A stretch of DNA of 64,000 nt from a virus. Under the pieces are notes generated by a model that worked only from the letters and a program-made list of their open reading frames with translations, searched no databases and was not told where the DNA came from. Made by a program: the position numbers and the translations under genes. The stretch covers positions 1 to 64,000 of the IMG/VR virus record IMGVR_UViG_3300045961_000282; one strand, written 5' to 3'. The number at the start of each line of letters is the position of its first letter. Positions within the stretch are counted from its first letter, which is position 1. Below, piece by piece: positions 17,342 through 24,960 of the stretch.

Positions 17342-17780
17342 TAGTGCTCAACCTCTCTCGCATCTGGTCCCACAACCGAACGTCGCCGAACTCATGGGTC
17401 ATCACCTCGCGCCCCAGCAGCGCCTCCGCGCGACGATGGAACTCCTCGGTCGGCAGCGCAAGCGAACCCGTCAGCACCGAGGCGCGGAACGCATCGGCCA
17501 GCGCCTTCTCGGCCTCGGCGCGAACCATAGGCATCACGGCATCGATGACGGTGCTCGCCACGAGGAACCAGTCCGGCCGCCCGTTGCGCAGCGTCGGCGG
17601 CCCGTCGAACATCCGCTCACGCAACTGCGCGACGGCAGCGGTGATCTCCGGGGTCCACTCATCAAGGGACACGTCGCAGGAGATGCACACCTGATGCGCG
17701 CCGCCGATGGTGCAGTGGAAGTTGCCGCACTCGATCCGCTCGGTGGGGCCGTTGCAGCCGGGGCACTCAGGCATCGTCAT
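17331..17780 (-). CDS. Cys-cluster hypothetical protein
   Basis: Real part MTMPECPGCNGPTERIECGNFHC...CISCDVS; N-terminal 100 aa of the table ORF is low-complexity shadow. Confidence 0.45.
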   Translation of the reverse strand: MTMPECPGCNGPTERIECGNFHCTIGGAHQVCISCDVSLDEWTPEITAAVAQLRERMFDGPPTLRNGRPDWFLVASTVIDAVMPMVRAEAEKALADAFRASVLTGSLALPTEEFHRRAEALLGREVMTHEFGDVRLWDQMRERLSTSGD

Positions 17781-18090
17781 CCCATCGGTGACCCTCGGGC
17801 AGGGGGCCGGTGTAGTCGTCGCGCAGCATGCACCGCACGTGTGGCTGCACATGGCTCTTGCACGCGGGACAACAGGTCCGGACGTAGCCGCCTTGGACCT
17901 CCATCTTGTGGTGCGCCATGCGCTCGCGCACCTTGGCGACCGCCACCATCGCCTCGTTCTGCTCGGGGGCAACCCAGCCGTCGGCGACCAGTCGCTTGCG
18001 CTCCCGCTCGGCGACCATGAGGATGAAGTCGCACCGGCAGGGCTCGTAGACCCCAGTGGTGACGCACGGGCAGAACTCATCATGCGACAA
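17767..18090 (-). CDS. Cys-rich hypothetical protein
   Basis: SHDEFCPCVTTGVYEPCRC...CCPACKSH; TTG start assumed. Confidence 0.4.
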   Translation of the reverse strand: MSHDEFCPCVTTGVYEPCRCDFILMVAERERKRLVADGWVAPEQNEAMVAVAKVRERMAHHKMEVQGGYVRTCCPACKSHVQPHVRCMLRDDYTGPLPEGHRWDDDA

Positions 18091-18289
18091 GGTGGTGCTC
18101 CTTCTCGTCGATGATGATGAACCGCAGCGGCAGGTAGATGCGGCTCTCGTAGAACCGTACCGCGCCCTTGGCGCTCCGCCGCAGGTAGAACCGCTGGGGA
18201 TCCTCGTTGAAGGTGTCAGCGAGGCGCTGGTTGAACTCCCAGTTCTCCCCCTGCAGCGGCACGGCATGCAGCCGCCAGCGCTTCGTCAC
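18080..18289 (-). CDS. small hypothetical protein
   Basis: MTKRWRLHAVPLQGENWEF... Confidence 0.45.
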   Translation of the reverse strand: MTKRWRLHAVPLQGENWEFNQRLADTFNEDPQRFYLRRSAKGAVRFYESRIYLPLRFIIIDEKEHHLVA

Positions 18290-18516
18290 GGCTGCTCGAT
18301 CCGCGCCGCCGCCCAGCGCAGCGCCGCTGCGTGGGTCTCGATCTGCACCTTGGGGTGGCGCCCGCGCACGGCGAAGTTAGCCACCACGGCCTGCTCCCGC
18401 AGGTCGGTGGCGATCTGTCGGCGCAGGTGCGCCTCGGCATCCCGCAGCAGGTCGCACTGGCAATCGTCGTGCCCGCTGTGGGGCTCCTGCGGGCACATCG
18501 GGTGGTGATCAAACAT
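18286..18516 (-). CDS. Cys-type paralog (MFDHHPMCPQ...CQCDLL)
   Basis: Same H-x-P-x-C...CxC N-terminal pattern as array subfamily B. Confidence 0.45.
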   Translation of the reverse strand: MFDHHPMCPQEPHSGHDDCQCDLLRDAEAHLRRQIATDLREQAVVANFAVRGRHPKVQIETHAAALRWAAARIEQP

Positions 18517-18772
18517 CGTCGGTCTCGGTCATCCTGAGGAACTCGGTCAGCGAATCGCGGATCTCGCGGGCCTGCTCCCGGGTCAGGTGGGCAACGGCGC
18601 GGGTCCGATCGCTGTCGATGACCCTCAACCATACGAAGGGGCCCTCGATGATCTCGCGGGGCCCGACGACCGCGACCGCGCTCGATTCCTGCACCTCGAT
18701 GGTCTCGCCGCCGGTTCCGCGCACGCGAGCGAACCCGACCAGCCCGCGGGGTCCGGTGAACGTGTCAGACAT
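18509..18772 (-). CDS. hypothetical protein
   Basis: Start MSDTFTGPRG. Confidence 0.4.
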   Translation of the reverse strand: MSDTFTGPRGLVGFARVRGTGGETIEVQESSAVAVVGPREIIEGPFVWLRVIDSDRTRAVAHLTREQAREIRDSLTEFLRMTETDDV

Positions 18773-18962
18773 CGCTGCTCCTCGTGCGCCCCAGATGCAG
18801 GTAGGCCATGACCTCGTCGCGACGGAAGCGCCGATGCCCACCGGGCGTGACGATCACCGACAGCCTGCCGGTGTTCGCCCAGCGGGTCACCGTCTTGGGG
18901 TCGACTCCGAACATCCGAGCGACCTCGACGGGCCGCAGCAGTTCACGATCCTTGGGAATCAT
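18765..18962 (-). CDS. excisionase/MerR-like helix-turn-helix DNA-binding protein
   Basis: LLRPVEVARMFGVDPKTVTRWANTGRLSVIVTPGGHRRFRRDEV is the classic Xis-family HTH. Confidence 0.65.
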   Translation of the reverse strand: MIPKDRELLRPVEVARMFGVDPKTVTRWANTGRLSVIVTPGGHRRFRRDEVMAYLHLGRTRSSDV

Positions 18963-19183
18963 TTCCGGTCCTTCCGTTCAGCCTGAGCGGCTTCGAGCAG
19001 AACGCCTGCGGCAGCGTACAAGCGGTTCGCAGCCCCGGGGTGCAGGGAGCCGACGGAGTCCGCCAGCGCCTCGGCCTGCTCGGCGTAGGTGCCCAACAGC
19101 GACGCCCGCAGGCCCACATGGGCAGCGCACCAGCGCTTGTGGGCCCCCTCGCCGCGACAGCCGCCGCAGTCGCTCACAGCCAC
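18959..19183 (-). CDS. small hypothetical protein
   Basis: Start uncertain. Confidence 0.3.
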   Translation of the reverse strand: MAVSDCGGCRGEGAHKRWCAAHVGLRASLLGTYAEQAEALADSVGSLHPGAANRLYAAAGVLLEAAQAERKDRK

Positions 19184-19515
19184 ACCTCCATGCGGTTCGG
19201 CCCTCCACCGATGGGCGGGTTGAGCAGTTCCAGTACGTCCTTGATCGGGCACTCGCAGTGCCCGTAATCGCTGAGCGCCGCCGGGCAGCAGTCGGCGTGG
19301 GGCAGGTCCTCAACCTTGGCGCGCAGTTGGTCCAGCCACGCCTGCTCGGCGGACGTGGCCCGCTTCTCGGTCGGGGTCACCGCCTCCTCCTTTCCTGTCG
19401 GACTGCTCAGGGCGAAGATGCCCAGCGCGCCGATTGCCACGATGGAGCCGAATGCCACGAAGAACAGCATCGTCGCCGAGATCAGTGCGGCAATCGCCAC
19501 CGCGACCTCAGCCAC
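19174..19515 (-). CDS. membrane protein with QLRAKVEDL motif
   Basis: N-terminal TM helix plus the family motif LDQLRAKVEDLP and CC...C.C. Confidence 0.5.
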   Translation of the reverse strand: MAEVAVAIAALISATMLFFVAFGSIVAIGALGIFALSSPTGKEEAVTPTEKRATSAEQAWLDQLRAKVEDLPHADCCPAALSDYGHCECPIKDVLELLNPPIGGGPNRMEVWL

Positions 19516-19969
19516 GCTCAGGGTCCTCGGGCATGGGCAACAGACCCCCCTCGCGCAGGGCGACCTCGGCGGCCTTGCCGCGCATCCAGTCGGCGGCGCT
19601 GCTGGGGCCGTAGTTGCGCAGGTCGGGGATGAAGGTCGTCTTGACCGCCGCAGCGATGTCGCGGGCCGTCTCAGTGCGGACCACCTGCGCGGGCCACTTG
19701 TCGCCGGGGAACGCGCCGGTCAGCGGCCCGGCCACGCGCACCCGGTAGCACCCGGCGGCGCAGGAGTGGTGGCACGCGCCGCCGTCCGGGCAGCGGCGGG
19801 CCCTCGGGTCGCTCTCGCCCAGCACCTGCACCAGCACCGCAGGGTCGGTCAGCGTCGCCGCGACGATGGCCACGCCCAGCGGGCCGTATTCGTCACCCAG
19901 TCGCTCCAGTGCCTCAACCAGATTCGGGGACGCATTCACGTAGGTCGCATCCACCCATGAATCACTCAT
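19508..19969 (-). CDS. hypothetical protein
   Basis: Start MSDSWVDATYVNASPNLVEALERLGDEYG. Confidence 0.45.
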   Translation of the reverse strand: MSDSWVDATYVNASPNLVEALERLGDEYGPLGVAIVAATLTDPAVLVQVLGESDPRARRCPDGGACHHSCAAGCYRVRVAGPLTGAFPGDKWPAQVVRTETARDIAAAVKTTFIPDLRNYGPSSAADWMRGKAAEVALREGGLLPMPEDPERG

Positions 19970-20123
19970 AGCCCGCCTCCGTGAAGATCTTCCACTCGCC
20001 CGCCGCGTAGCCGAGGATCGCGACCCCGCCCTTGATGAACAGCAGCGCCCCGTCGACGATGGCTGCCGAGTCGGCGCCGACATCCTCCATCTCGCCGTTG
20101 GCAACCGTGACGATCCACCTCAC
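19962..20123 (-). CDS. small hypothetical protein
   Basis: GTG start with GTGA overlap. Confidence 0.3.
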   Translation of the reverse strand: MRWIVTVANGEMEDVGADSAAIVDGALLFIKGGVAILGYAAGEWKIFTEAGYE

Positions 20124-20350
20124 AGATCCTCCAGCAGTTCGAGCACGTCGGACTTCCACACCAGCGGCGACGGGTCATGGTCGGTCAGCGCGAAGGCGGC
20201 GGCGGGCAGCCCCGCGACCTGCTCGCGCAGGCGCGCCGCGAACCGACGGGTCAGTTCCTTGTCGATGCTGCGGATCGTGGTGCACTCGCACCACGAATCC
20301 CCGAGCCGATGGCTGGCCACTGGGCACAGGGGATGGTGCCCCTCAGCCAT
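20120..20350 (-). CDS. Cys-type paralog (MAEGHHPLCP...WCEC)
   Basis: H-x-P-x-C...CxC pattern. Confidence 0.45.
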   Translation of the reverse strand: MAEGHHPLCPVASHRLGDSWCECTTIRSIDKELTRRFAARLREQVAGLPAAAFALTDHDPSPLVWKSDVLELLEDL

Positions 20351-20702
20351 CAGTGCCCCCCATCAGTGCCGCAGCCGCCTCCACATGCCTGCCGACGCGG
20401 GCGCTCAGCACCTCGGTCAGTAGCGCCGCCGCATCGGCCCGCGCCAGCCGGGCGATCAGGATGTCGCGGTTGGTCAGCGACGCCGCGGCAAGGGCCACGT
20501 TCTGTGAACCATACGTCTGCCCGAGCATCTGCAGCGCCGACAGCAACTCCGGTTCCGCGGCTCTGGTTCCGGTGTCCAGCGGCTCCAGTGTCGTCAACAG
20601 GGCGGCGGCAAGGTGCCGGGCGACCGAGCGCGATTCCGACGGCAGCACCATCGGCCATGCGTCGGATTCGATGCGCTCCAGTTCTGCGCGGATGTCGGTC
20701 AT
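20343..20702 (-). CDS. hypothetical protein
   Basis: MTDIRAELERIESDAWPMVLPSE... Confidence 0.45.
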   Translation of the reverse strand: MTDIRAELERIESDAWPMVLPSESRSVARHLAAALLTTLEPLDTGTRAAEPELLSALQMLGQTYGSQNVALAAASLTNRDILIARLARADAAALLTEVLSARVGRHVEAAAALMGGTDG

Positions 20703-21004
20703 CTCGGCTGCACCTCACTGATCCGTACACATACGGTCGTCCCACCACCGATGCTGGTCCATGAACCACCCGCAGCAAGACAGGCCATCTCCTGTTCGTG
20801 GTCGCGGACCATGGAGCGCTCGACGACGAACGTGATCGACCCAAGAGCGATGGCCACGATAAAGCAGACCACCACTCCGATCGTGATGTTCCTGACGCGC
20901 TCGGTGATCTGCTCGCGACGGGCCTGCTCCTCGGCGTTCTTCTCGCGCATCAAGCGAAACTCATGGTCCCGCTCGGCGGAGATCCAGTCGCTGTCATTCA
21001 CAGT
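20699..21004 (-). CDS. membrane protein
   Basis: GTG start VNDSDW; TM helix ITIGVVVCFIVAIALGSITFVV. Confidence 0.4.
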   Translation of the reverse strand, partial: TVNDSDWISAERDHEFRLMREKNAEEQARREQITERVRNITIGVVVCFIVAIALGSITFVVERSMVRDHEQEMACLAAGGSWTSIGGGTTVCVRISEVQPR

Positions 21005-21411
21005 CGGAATCCTCCGTTGGCGGGGACGCCGAACACGGCCGACATCAGCGTGGTCAGGCTGCCGGTCCAGCGCAGCATCACGTCGGTGTACTTCCCGCAC
21101 GCGCACGACGCAGGGTAGACGTTCAGGCCGACCTCATCCTCGTTGCCCGTGAAGGTGTCAGCGAACTGCGAGTAGGTGACTTCGTGAACCTCGGCGCCGG
21201 GCGCGATGATCCAGCGGCACGGCTCGACATCCTTGTCGTAGGGGCGCATGTGCTCCGATGCGTCCCAGTCCTGCCACCCGTAGACGGACACCGCCGCCCA
21301 GCGCCACGGCTCACCGTCGACCCATCCGGTGACCTTGACCTTCTTGGCCGACCGGGCAAGGAACTCCCGAATCCGGATCGCCTGATCCTCGGGCAACGTC
21401 AACTCACTCAT
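20998..21411 (-). CDS. hypothetical protein
   Basis: MSELTLPEDQAIRIREFLARSAKKVKVTGW... Confidence 0.5.
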   Translation of the reverse strand: MSELTLPEDQAIRIREFLARSAKKVKVTGWVDGEPWRWAAVSVYGWQDWDASEHMRPYDKDVEPCRWIIAPGAEVHEVTYSQFADTFTGNEDEVGLNVYPASCACGKYTDVMLRWTGSLTTLMSAVFGVPANGGFRL

Positions 21412-21725
21412 GATCCATCTCCGATGACGTCGAGCACTTCCTTCATCCCCTGTGCACGAATGTGCCCGATGGTCCGCATCACGTACTGGCCCTCGCGGCC
21501 CTCGCGATCGGCCTCGGCGCTGGTGGTGTCCATCAACGCCGTGACCCGCCTCCGCAGGGCCTCGCGCTCACCCGAGACCGCGCGGTCGATCAGGGCGCAC
21601 TGGCACTTGACCCCGCAGCGGCAGTCCCCGGCCTTGCCGCGGTCGTGCCACTTGCTCGTGCCGCCCACGGTGATGCACTTCTCGTCGGCCATGACGGGGC
21701 ACAGCGCGCGGTGCTTGTCAGCCAT
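21408..21725 (-). CDS. Cys-type paralog (CQCALIDRAV motif)
   Basis: MADKHRALCPVMADEKC...CRCGVKCQCALIDRAV shares CQCALIARV with array members. Confidence 0.5.
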   Translation of the reverse strand: MADKHRALCPVMADEKCITVGGTSKWHDRGKAGDCRCGVKCQCALIDRAVSGEREALRRRVTALMDTTSAEADREGREGQYVMRTIGHIRAQGMKEVLDVIGDGS

Positions 21726-21990
21726 TGGCAGTCCTCCAGACCATGAACACGGCGAACCCGAGGACGGCCCAGAATCCGATGGAGATCAGAAATCCGAAGG
21801 CCATTCCCCGGTGCAACAGGTTCCTCATGTGTGCGGGGCAGATCGCCTCGCCGTTCACCACGCGCCACCCGGCCACCCGTTCGAGGTAGCGCAGCGCCTT
21901 GACGTGGCCAGACTCCGCGTCCTTGACCCGGAAACTCTGGACCGCATGGCACACCGAGCACTGGACCTCGATGACTGCAGATTCAGCCAC
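21718..21990 (-). CDS. zinc-ribbon plus transmembrane small protein
   Basis: CSVCHAV...CPAH then hydrophobic C-terminus. Confidence 0.45.
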   Translation of the reverse strand: MAESAVIEVQCSVCHAVQSFRVKDAESGHVKALRYLERVAGWRVVNGEAICPAHMRNLLHRGMAFGFLISIGFWAVLGFAVFMVWRTANG

Positions 21991-22219
21991 GGTTCACTCC
22001 AATCTCGGACTCCATCAGGACGGGGCGGTTCTTTGCGTCGGACAGCGCCATCTCGAGGGCGACGACGACCCCGTCCGGGCCGTCGTCAGAGGCGAAGTCG
22101 GTGGGGTCGGCGGTCATCGCTACGGGACGACCGGCGTCGTCGTAGTAGACCTCATGCAGCGCCCACATCGGACCATCCTTGGTCTCGGTGCGGACGATCC
22201 GGTAGTTCCATGTGCTCAC
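21983..22219 (-). CDS. hypothetical protein
   Basis: GTG start preceded by GGGGGGAAGGG RBS; VSTWNYRIVRTETKDGPMWALHEVYYDDAGRPV. Confidence 0.45.
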   Translation of the reverse strand: MSTWNYRIVRTETKDGPMWALHEVYYDDAGRPVAMTADPTDFASDDGPDGVVVALEMALSDAKNRPVLMESEIGVNRG

Positions 22220-22240
22220 GCTTGCCCCGCCCTTCCCCCC

Positions 22241-22262
22241 ATGCTTGTGGTGTTGCAAGCAT
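22241..22262. promoter_or_regulatory. perfect palindrome ATGCTTG-N8-CAAGCAT
   Basis: Lies between the MazG stop and the next RBS. Confidence 0.3.
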
Positions 22263-22271
22263 AGCACGCGG

Positions 22272-22610
22272 CTAGCGGTTGTCCCCTGATCCCTTGATCA
22301 CGCCACGCGCGGCGCGCCACGCCAGTTTCTCGATGTTGTCGGCCGCGATGTCATCCAACGACAGGTTCAACTCCCGCGCCAGCATGGCGACGTACCACAG
22401 CACATCCCCAAGTTCACCCGCGACGGCCTCGCGGACCTCGGGGGTGACGATCCCGTCGTCGTCGCGCAGGACCTTCTTCAGTTTGCCCTGAACCTCGCCA
22501 GTTTCGCCCAGCCCCAGCCCGAGGTAGGACAGGGCCCGCAGCGAGCCCGTCCCCGCGTCAGGGTAGATCGCTGTCGTCGCAGCGCGATCCTGATATTCAT
22601 TCATGTCCAT
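22272..22610 (-). CDS. mazG: MazG-like nucleoside triphosphate pyrophosphohydrolase
   Basis: TAIYPD, LGLGETGEVQGKLKK, GDVLWYVAMLARELNLSLDDI, NIEKL motifs. Confidence 0.8.
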   Translation of the reverse strand: MDMNEYQDRAATTAIYPDAGTGSLRALSYLGLGLGETGEVQGKLKKVLRDDDGIVTPEVREAVAGELGDVLWYVAMLARELNLSLDDIAADNIEKLAWRAARGVIKGSGDNR

Positions 22611-22613
22611 GTG

Positions 22614-22811
22614 TCATCGCTTCTTTCTGATTTCGAGTTCTGAGCGTTCCATTTCGCCCGTGAACACTTTTGCGTTCAAATGACCGAGATGCCAATAGTC
22701 GCCGCAGGCGTACGCCGCGAGGTGGGCGCCGCGATGCACGGTCCTTGCCGCCGCCTTCGCTTCGCGCTTGGACAGGTACCGCCGCTTCCCGCACTCAGGG
22801 CAGCGGCCGAC
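22614..22811 (-). CDS. small Cys protein
   Basis: GRCPECGKRRYLSKREAKAAARTVH...; start uncertain. Confidence 0.3.
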   Translation of the reverse strand, partial: VGRCPECGKRRYLSKREAKAAARTVHRGAHLAAYACGDYWHLGHLNAKVFTGEMERSELEIRKKR

Positions 22812-22816
22812 ATGGC

Positions 22817-23188
22817 TCAGGGAACCCACTTGTCCACCGCTTGGATGCAATCGGCCACTGCCAGTTCCCACAGCATCCCCGGCGGCTTGGGCAGGTTGGC
22901 CGTCTGGCCCCGCCCGGCGTACTTGTACCAGCGCAGCACGAAGCCCGCGGCCCCGTAGACGAACTGTGGCGGGCAGCCCTCCGGGTGCACGTCGCCCTCG
23001 CACCAGCAGTAGGGGCGCATCTGGAACGTCCCACAGACGAACTCGTCCCCGCCGCTGTTCTGCACCAGCGCGTTGGCGTCGCCGCGCTTCGCCGCGATGG
23101 CGTCCGCGATGACGTACAGCCCCTCGGTGGCCCAGTTCGCCTCGTACTGCATCACTTCGTCGCCCCGTGCCATCTGACCAAGTTCCAT
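22817..23188 (-). CDS. hypothetical protein
   Basis: MELGQMARGDEVMQYEANWATEGLYVIADA... Confidence 0.5.
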   Translation of the reverse strand: MELGQMARGDEVMQYEANWATEGLYVIADAIAAKRGDANALVQNSGGDEFVCGTFQMRPYCWCEGDVHPEGCPPQFVYGAAGFVLRWYKYAGRGQTANLPKPPGMLWELAVADCIQAVDKWVP

Positions 23189-23219
23189 CGTCGCTCGCTC
23201 TCGTGTCGTTGTGCCGTGC

Positions 23220-23399
23220 TCAGTTGCCTATGTAGACCTCGGCGCAGCCGTTGCAGGTGTACCGGGAGCCCTTGCGGGTGAACACGTTAGCCCCGCAGCG
23301 GCACCGGAACGACTTGCCGTTGATCCGCGGCATCACCTGCTCGCGGGGGCGCTTCGCGTGGCGCGCGGCCGTGCGGCGGACCCGCTCAAGGGCGGTCAT
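23220..23399 (-). CDS. small zinc-ribbon protein (about 59 aa)
   Basis: MTALERVRRTAARHAKRPREQVMPRINGKSFRCRCGANVFTRKGSRYTCNGCAEVYIGN; below the table cutoff. Confidence 0.35.
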   Translation of the reverse strand: MTALERVRRTAARHAKRPREQVMPRINGKSFRCRCGANVFTRKGSRYTCNGCAEVYIGN

Positions 23400-23568
23400 G
23401 ATCCACCCGCTCCATGCGGCGCGACGGGCAGTATTCGTTCGGACAGCGCTCGACCTCCCAGCGCTCGTTGCCCCACCAGCGCCCGCCGGGCTTCCACGGC
23501 TGCCACGGCACGAACTCCCCGCAGCACAGCATCTGGAACAGGCCCTGCTTCGGGTCAGCCATCCCCAT
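23386..23568 (-). CDS. small Trp-rich protein
   Basis: MADPKQGLFQMLCCGEFVPWQPWKPGGRWWGNERWEVERCPNEYCPS. Confidence 0.4.
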   Translation of the reverse strand: MGMADPKQGLFQMLCCGEFVPWQPWKPGGRWWGNERWEVERCPNEYCPSRRMERVDHDRP

Positions 23569-24151
23569 CTTGGTCCCCCAGCATCTGCATGATCAGCGGA
23601 GCCTCCCCGTCACCGACCGCCGTGGCCGCCTCGTCGGCGCCCATGAAGAACGCGTCGCCCTGATTGAACCGCACCGCGCCCTCCCAGACCGAATCGGCAA
23701 GGATCGCGTGCGGCTCGTGCCAGTCCTGATCAAGGCGCTCGACGACCATCTGACGCAGGAACGCAAGGCTCTCGTCGGTCACGCCGAGCCACTGGTAGTC
23801 CTCGGGCTTGACCTCGACCTCGTCGCTCTGACGCTCCGAGAATCCGTAGACCCCGCAGCCCACCATCATGTCGGCGCCGGGGTTCCACTCGTAGCCGCTC
23901 CACACCATGACGTACACGCCGTTCTGCGGGCCGCGCTGGGCGAGGATGCACACGTCGCGGTAGTTCACCTCGCCGTGCTGGATCTCCATGATCACGGGCT
24001 CGGTGTACCGGCCCTCGCGCCACGCCTCCGGGTCACGCACGTAGAGCCAGTTCTTGTAGATCTCGACCGTGACCCCCAGCGGACTGGTGAACGCCCCGTT
24101 GCAGGGCCCCTCTGCGGTCAGGGCAAGCGTGTCCCAGTTGGACAGAGCCAT
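23555..24151 (-). CDS. hypothetical protein (first gene of the long minus-strand operon)
   Basis: Start MALSNWDTLALTAEGPC at 24151; followed upstream by a 70-nt intergenic region. Confidence 0.5.
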   Translation of the reverse strand: MALSNWDTLALTAEGPCNGAFTSPLGVTVEIYKNWLYVRDPEAWREGRYTEPVIMEIQHGEVNYRDVCILAQRGPQNGVYVMVWSGYEWNPGADMMVGCGVYGFSERQSDEVEVKPEDYQWLGVTDESLAFLRQMVVERLDQDWHEPHAILADSVWEGAVRFNQGDAFFMGADEAATAVGDGEAPLIMQMLGDQDGDG

Positions 24152-24224
24152 GGCGATTTCCCTTCGTTGTGATATGCGAACCCTATCATGACGAAGTTCC
24201 CTGCCCAGCCGTGCGAGATGTGGC

Positions 24225-24578
24225 ATGCTAACCCGCATGGCTGCCCCCACCGGACTGACCTCGATCCGCCTGCGACTGTTCCCCAGCCGGGTCCACATGC
24301 CCGATGGCACGGTCCACGACACCGTCCTGACGCTGGTCGGGCTGGATCGGGTGTGGTTCTACACCGAAACCGGGCACCTGATCGGTGAGCACATGCTCGA
24401 CGACCTGTGGGGCAACCAGCAGCAGGGCTACGGGCTTCTGGTCAACGGGCAGGAAATACAGGTCAAGCGCGGCGGCGGATGCGGCTGTGGTTCGCGGTTC
24501 CGAAGCACCTCGACCAATCCGTTCCCCGTCCGCATGACCATGTCGCCGATCCCCAAGACTCGCCGGGTCGGTGTCTGA
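24225..24578 (+). CDS. hypothetical protein
   Basis: Plus-strand ORF ending in a Gly/Cys cluster GGGCGCGSRF. Confidence 0.4.
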   Translation: MLTRMAAPTGLTSIRLRLFPSRVHMPDGTVHDTVLTLVGLDRVWFYTETGHLIGEHMLDDLWGNQQQGYGLLVNGQEIQVKRGGGCGCGSRFRSTSTNPFPVRMTMSPIPKTRRVGV

Positions 24579-24632
24579 TGTCGCCCAAAGGGGAACCTGT
24601 CGCGCACTGAGCGCGCGTGGCTGGCGCTGGCG

Positions 24633-24941
24633 ATGAAGGTCGCCGGGCGCTCGGAGGCGGTGCAGCGGCACGGCTGCGTACTGGTCCGCGGTGGACGGGT
24701 GATCGGCATCGGGATCAACCGCTACGTCAACCAGCCCTATCTGGTGTCGCCTGAGCACGCCAAGGCCCACTGCTCCGTACACGCCGAAGTCGCCGCCCTG
24801 CGTGCCGCCGGAACTGCCGCGCGCGCGACGGCCTACGTCGCACGGGTCAACCCTCGCGGCGAGCCGATGCTGTCCGCCCCCTGTCCGGCGTGCGCCGCGT
24901 CGCTTGCGGCGGCGGGGGTTCGACGGGTTGTGCACACCTGA
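24633..24941 (+). CDS. cytidine/deoxycytidylate deaminase family protein
   Basis: CSVHAEVAAL (H/C-A-E) and PCPACAASL (PCxxC) zinc-binding motifs. Frame is open upstream to about 24582, so the true start may lie further 5-prime. Confidence 0.6.
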   Translation: MKVAGRSEAVQRHGCVLVRGGRVIGIGINRYVNQPYLVSPEHAKAHCSVHAEVAALRAAGTAARATAYVARVNPRGEPMLSAPCPACAASLAAAGVRRVVHT

Positions 24942-24960
24942 GCCCTGCTATCGTCGTGTG

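Noticed and set aside
22614-23003. Full 129-aa ORF as annotated in the six-frame table
   Set aside because: The N-terminal two thirds is Arg/Gly-rich and overlaps 22817..23188. Only the C-terminal Cys-containing segment (about 22614..22811) is plausible.
24152-24224. Possible tRNA or small RNA in the intergenic gap
   Set aside because: No cloverleaf-compatible acceptor/T-arm pattern seen; likely promoter and operator DNA for the divergent operons.
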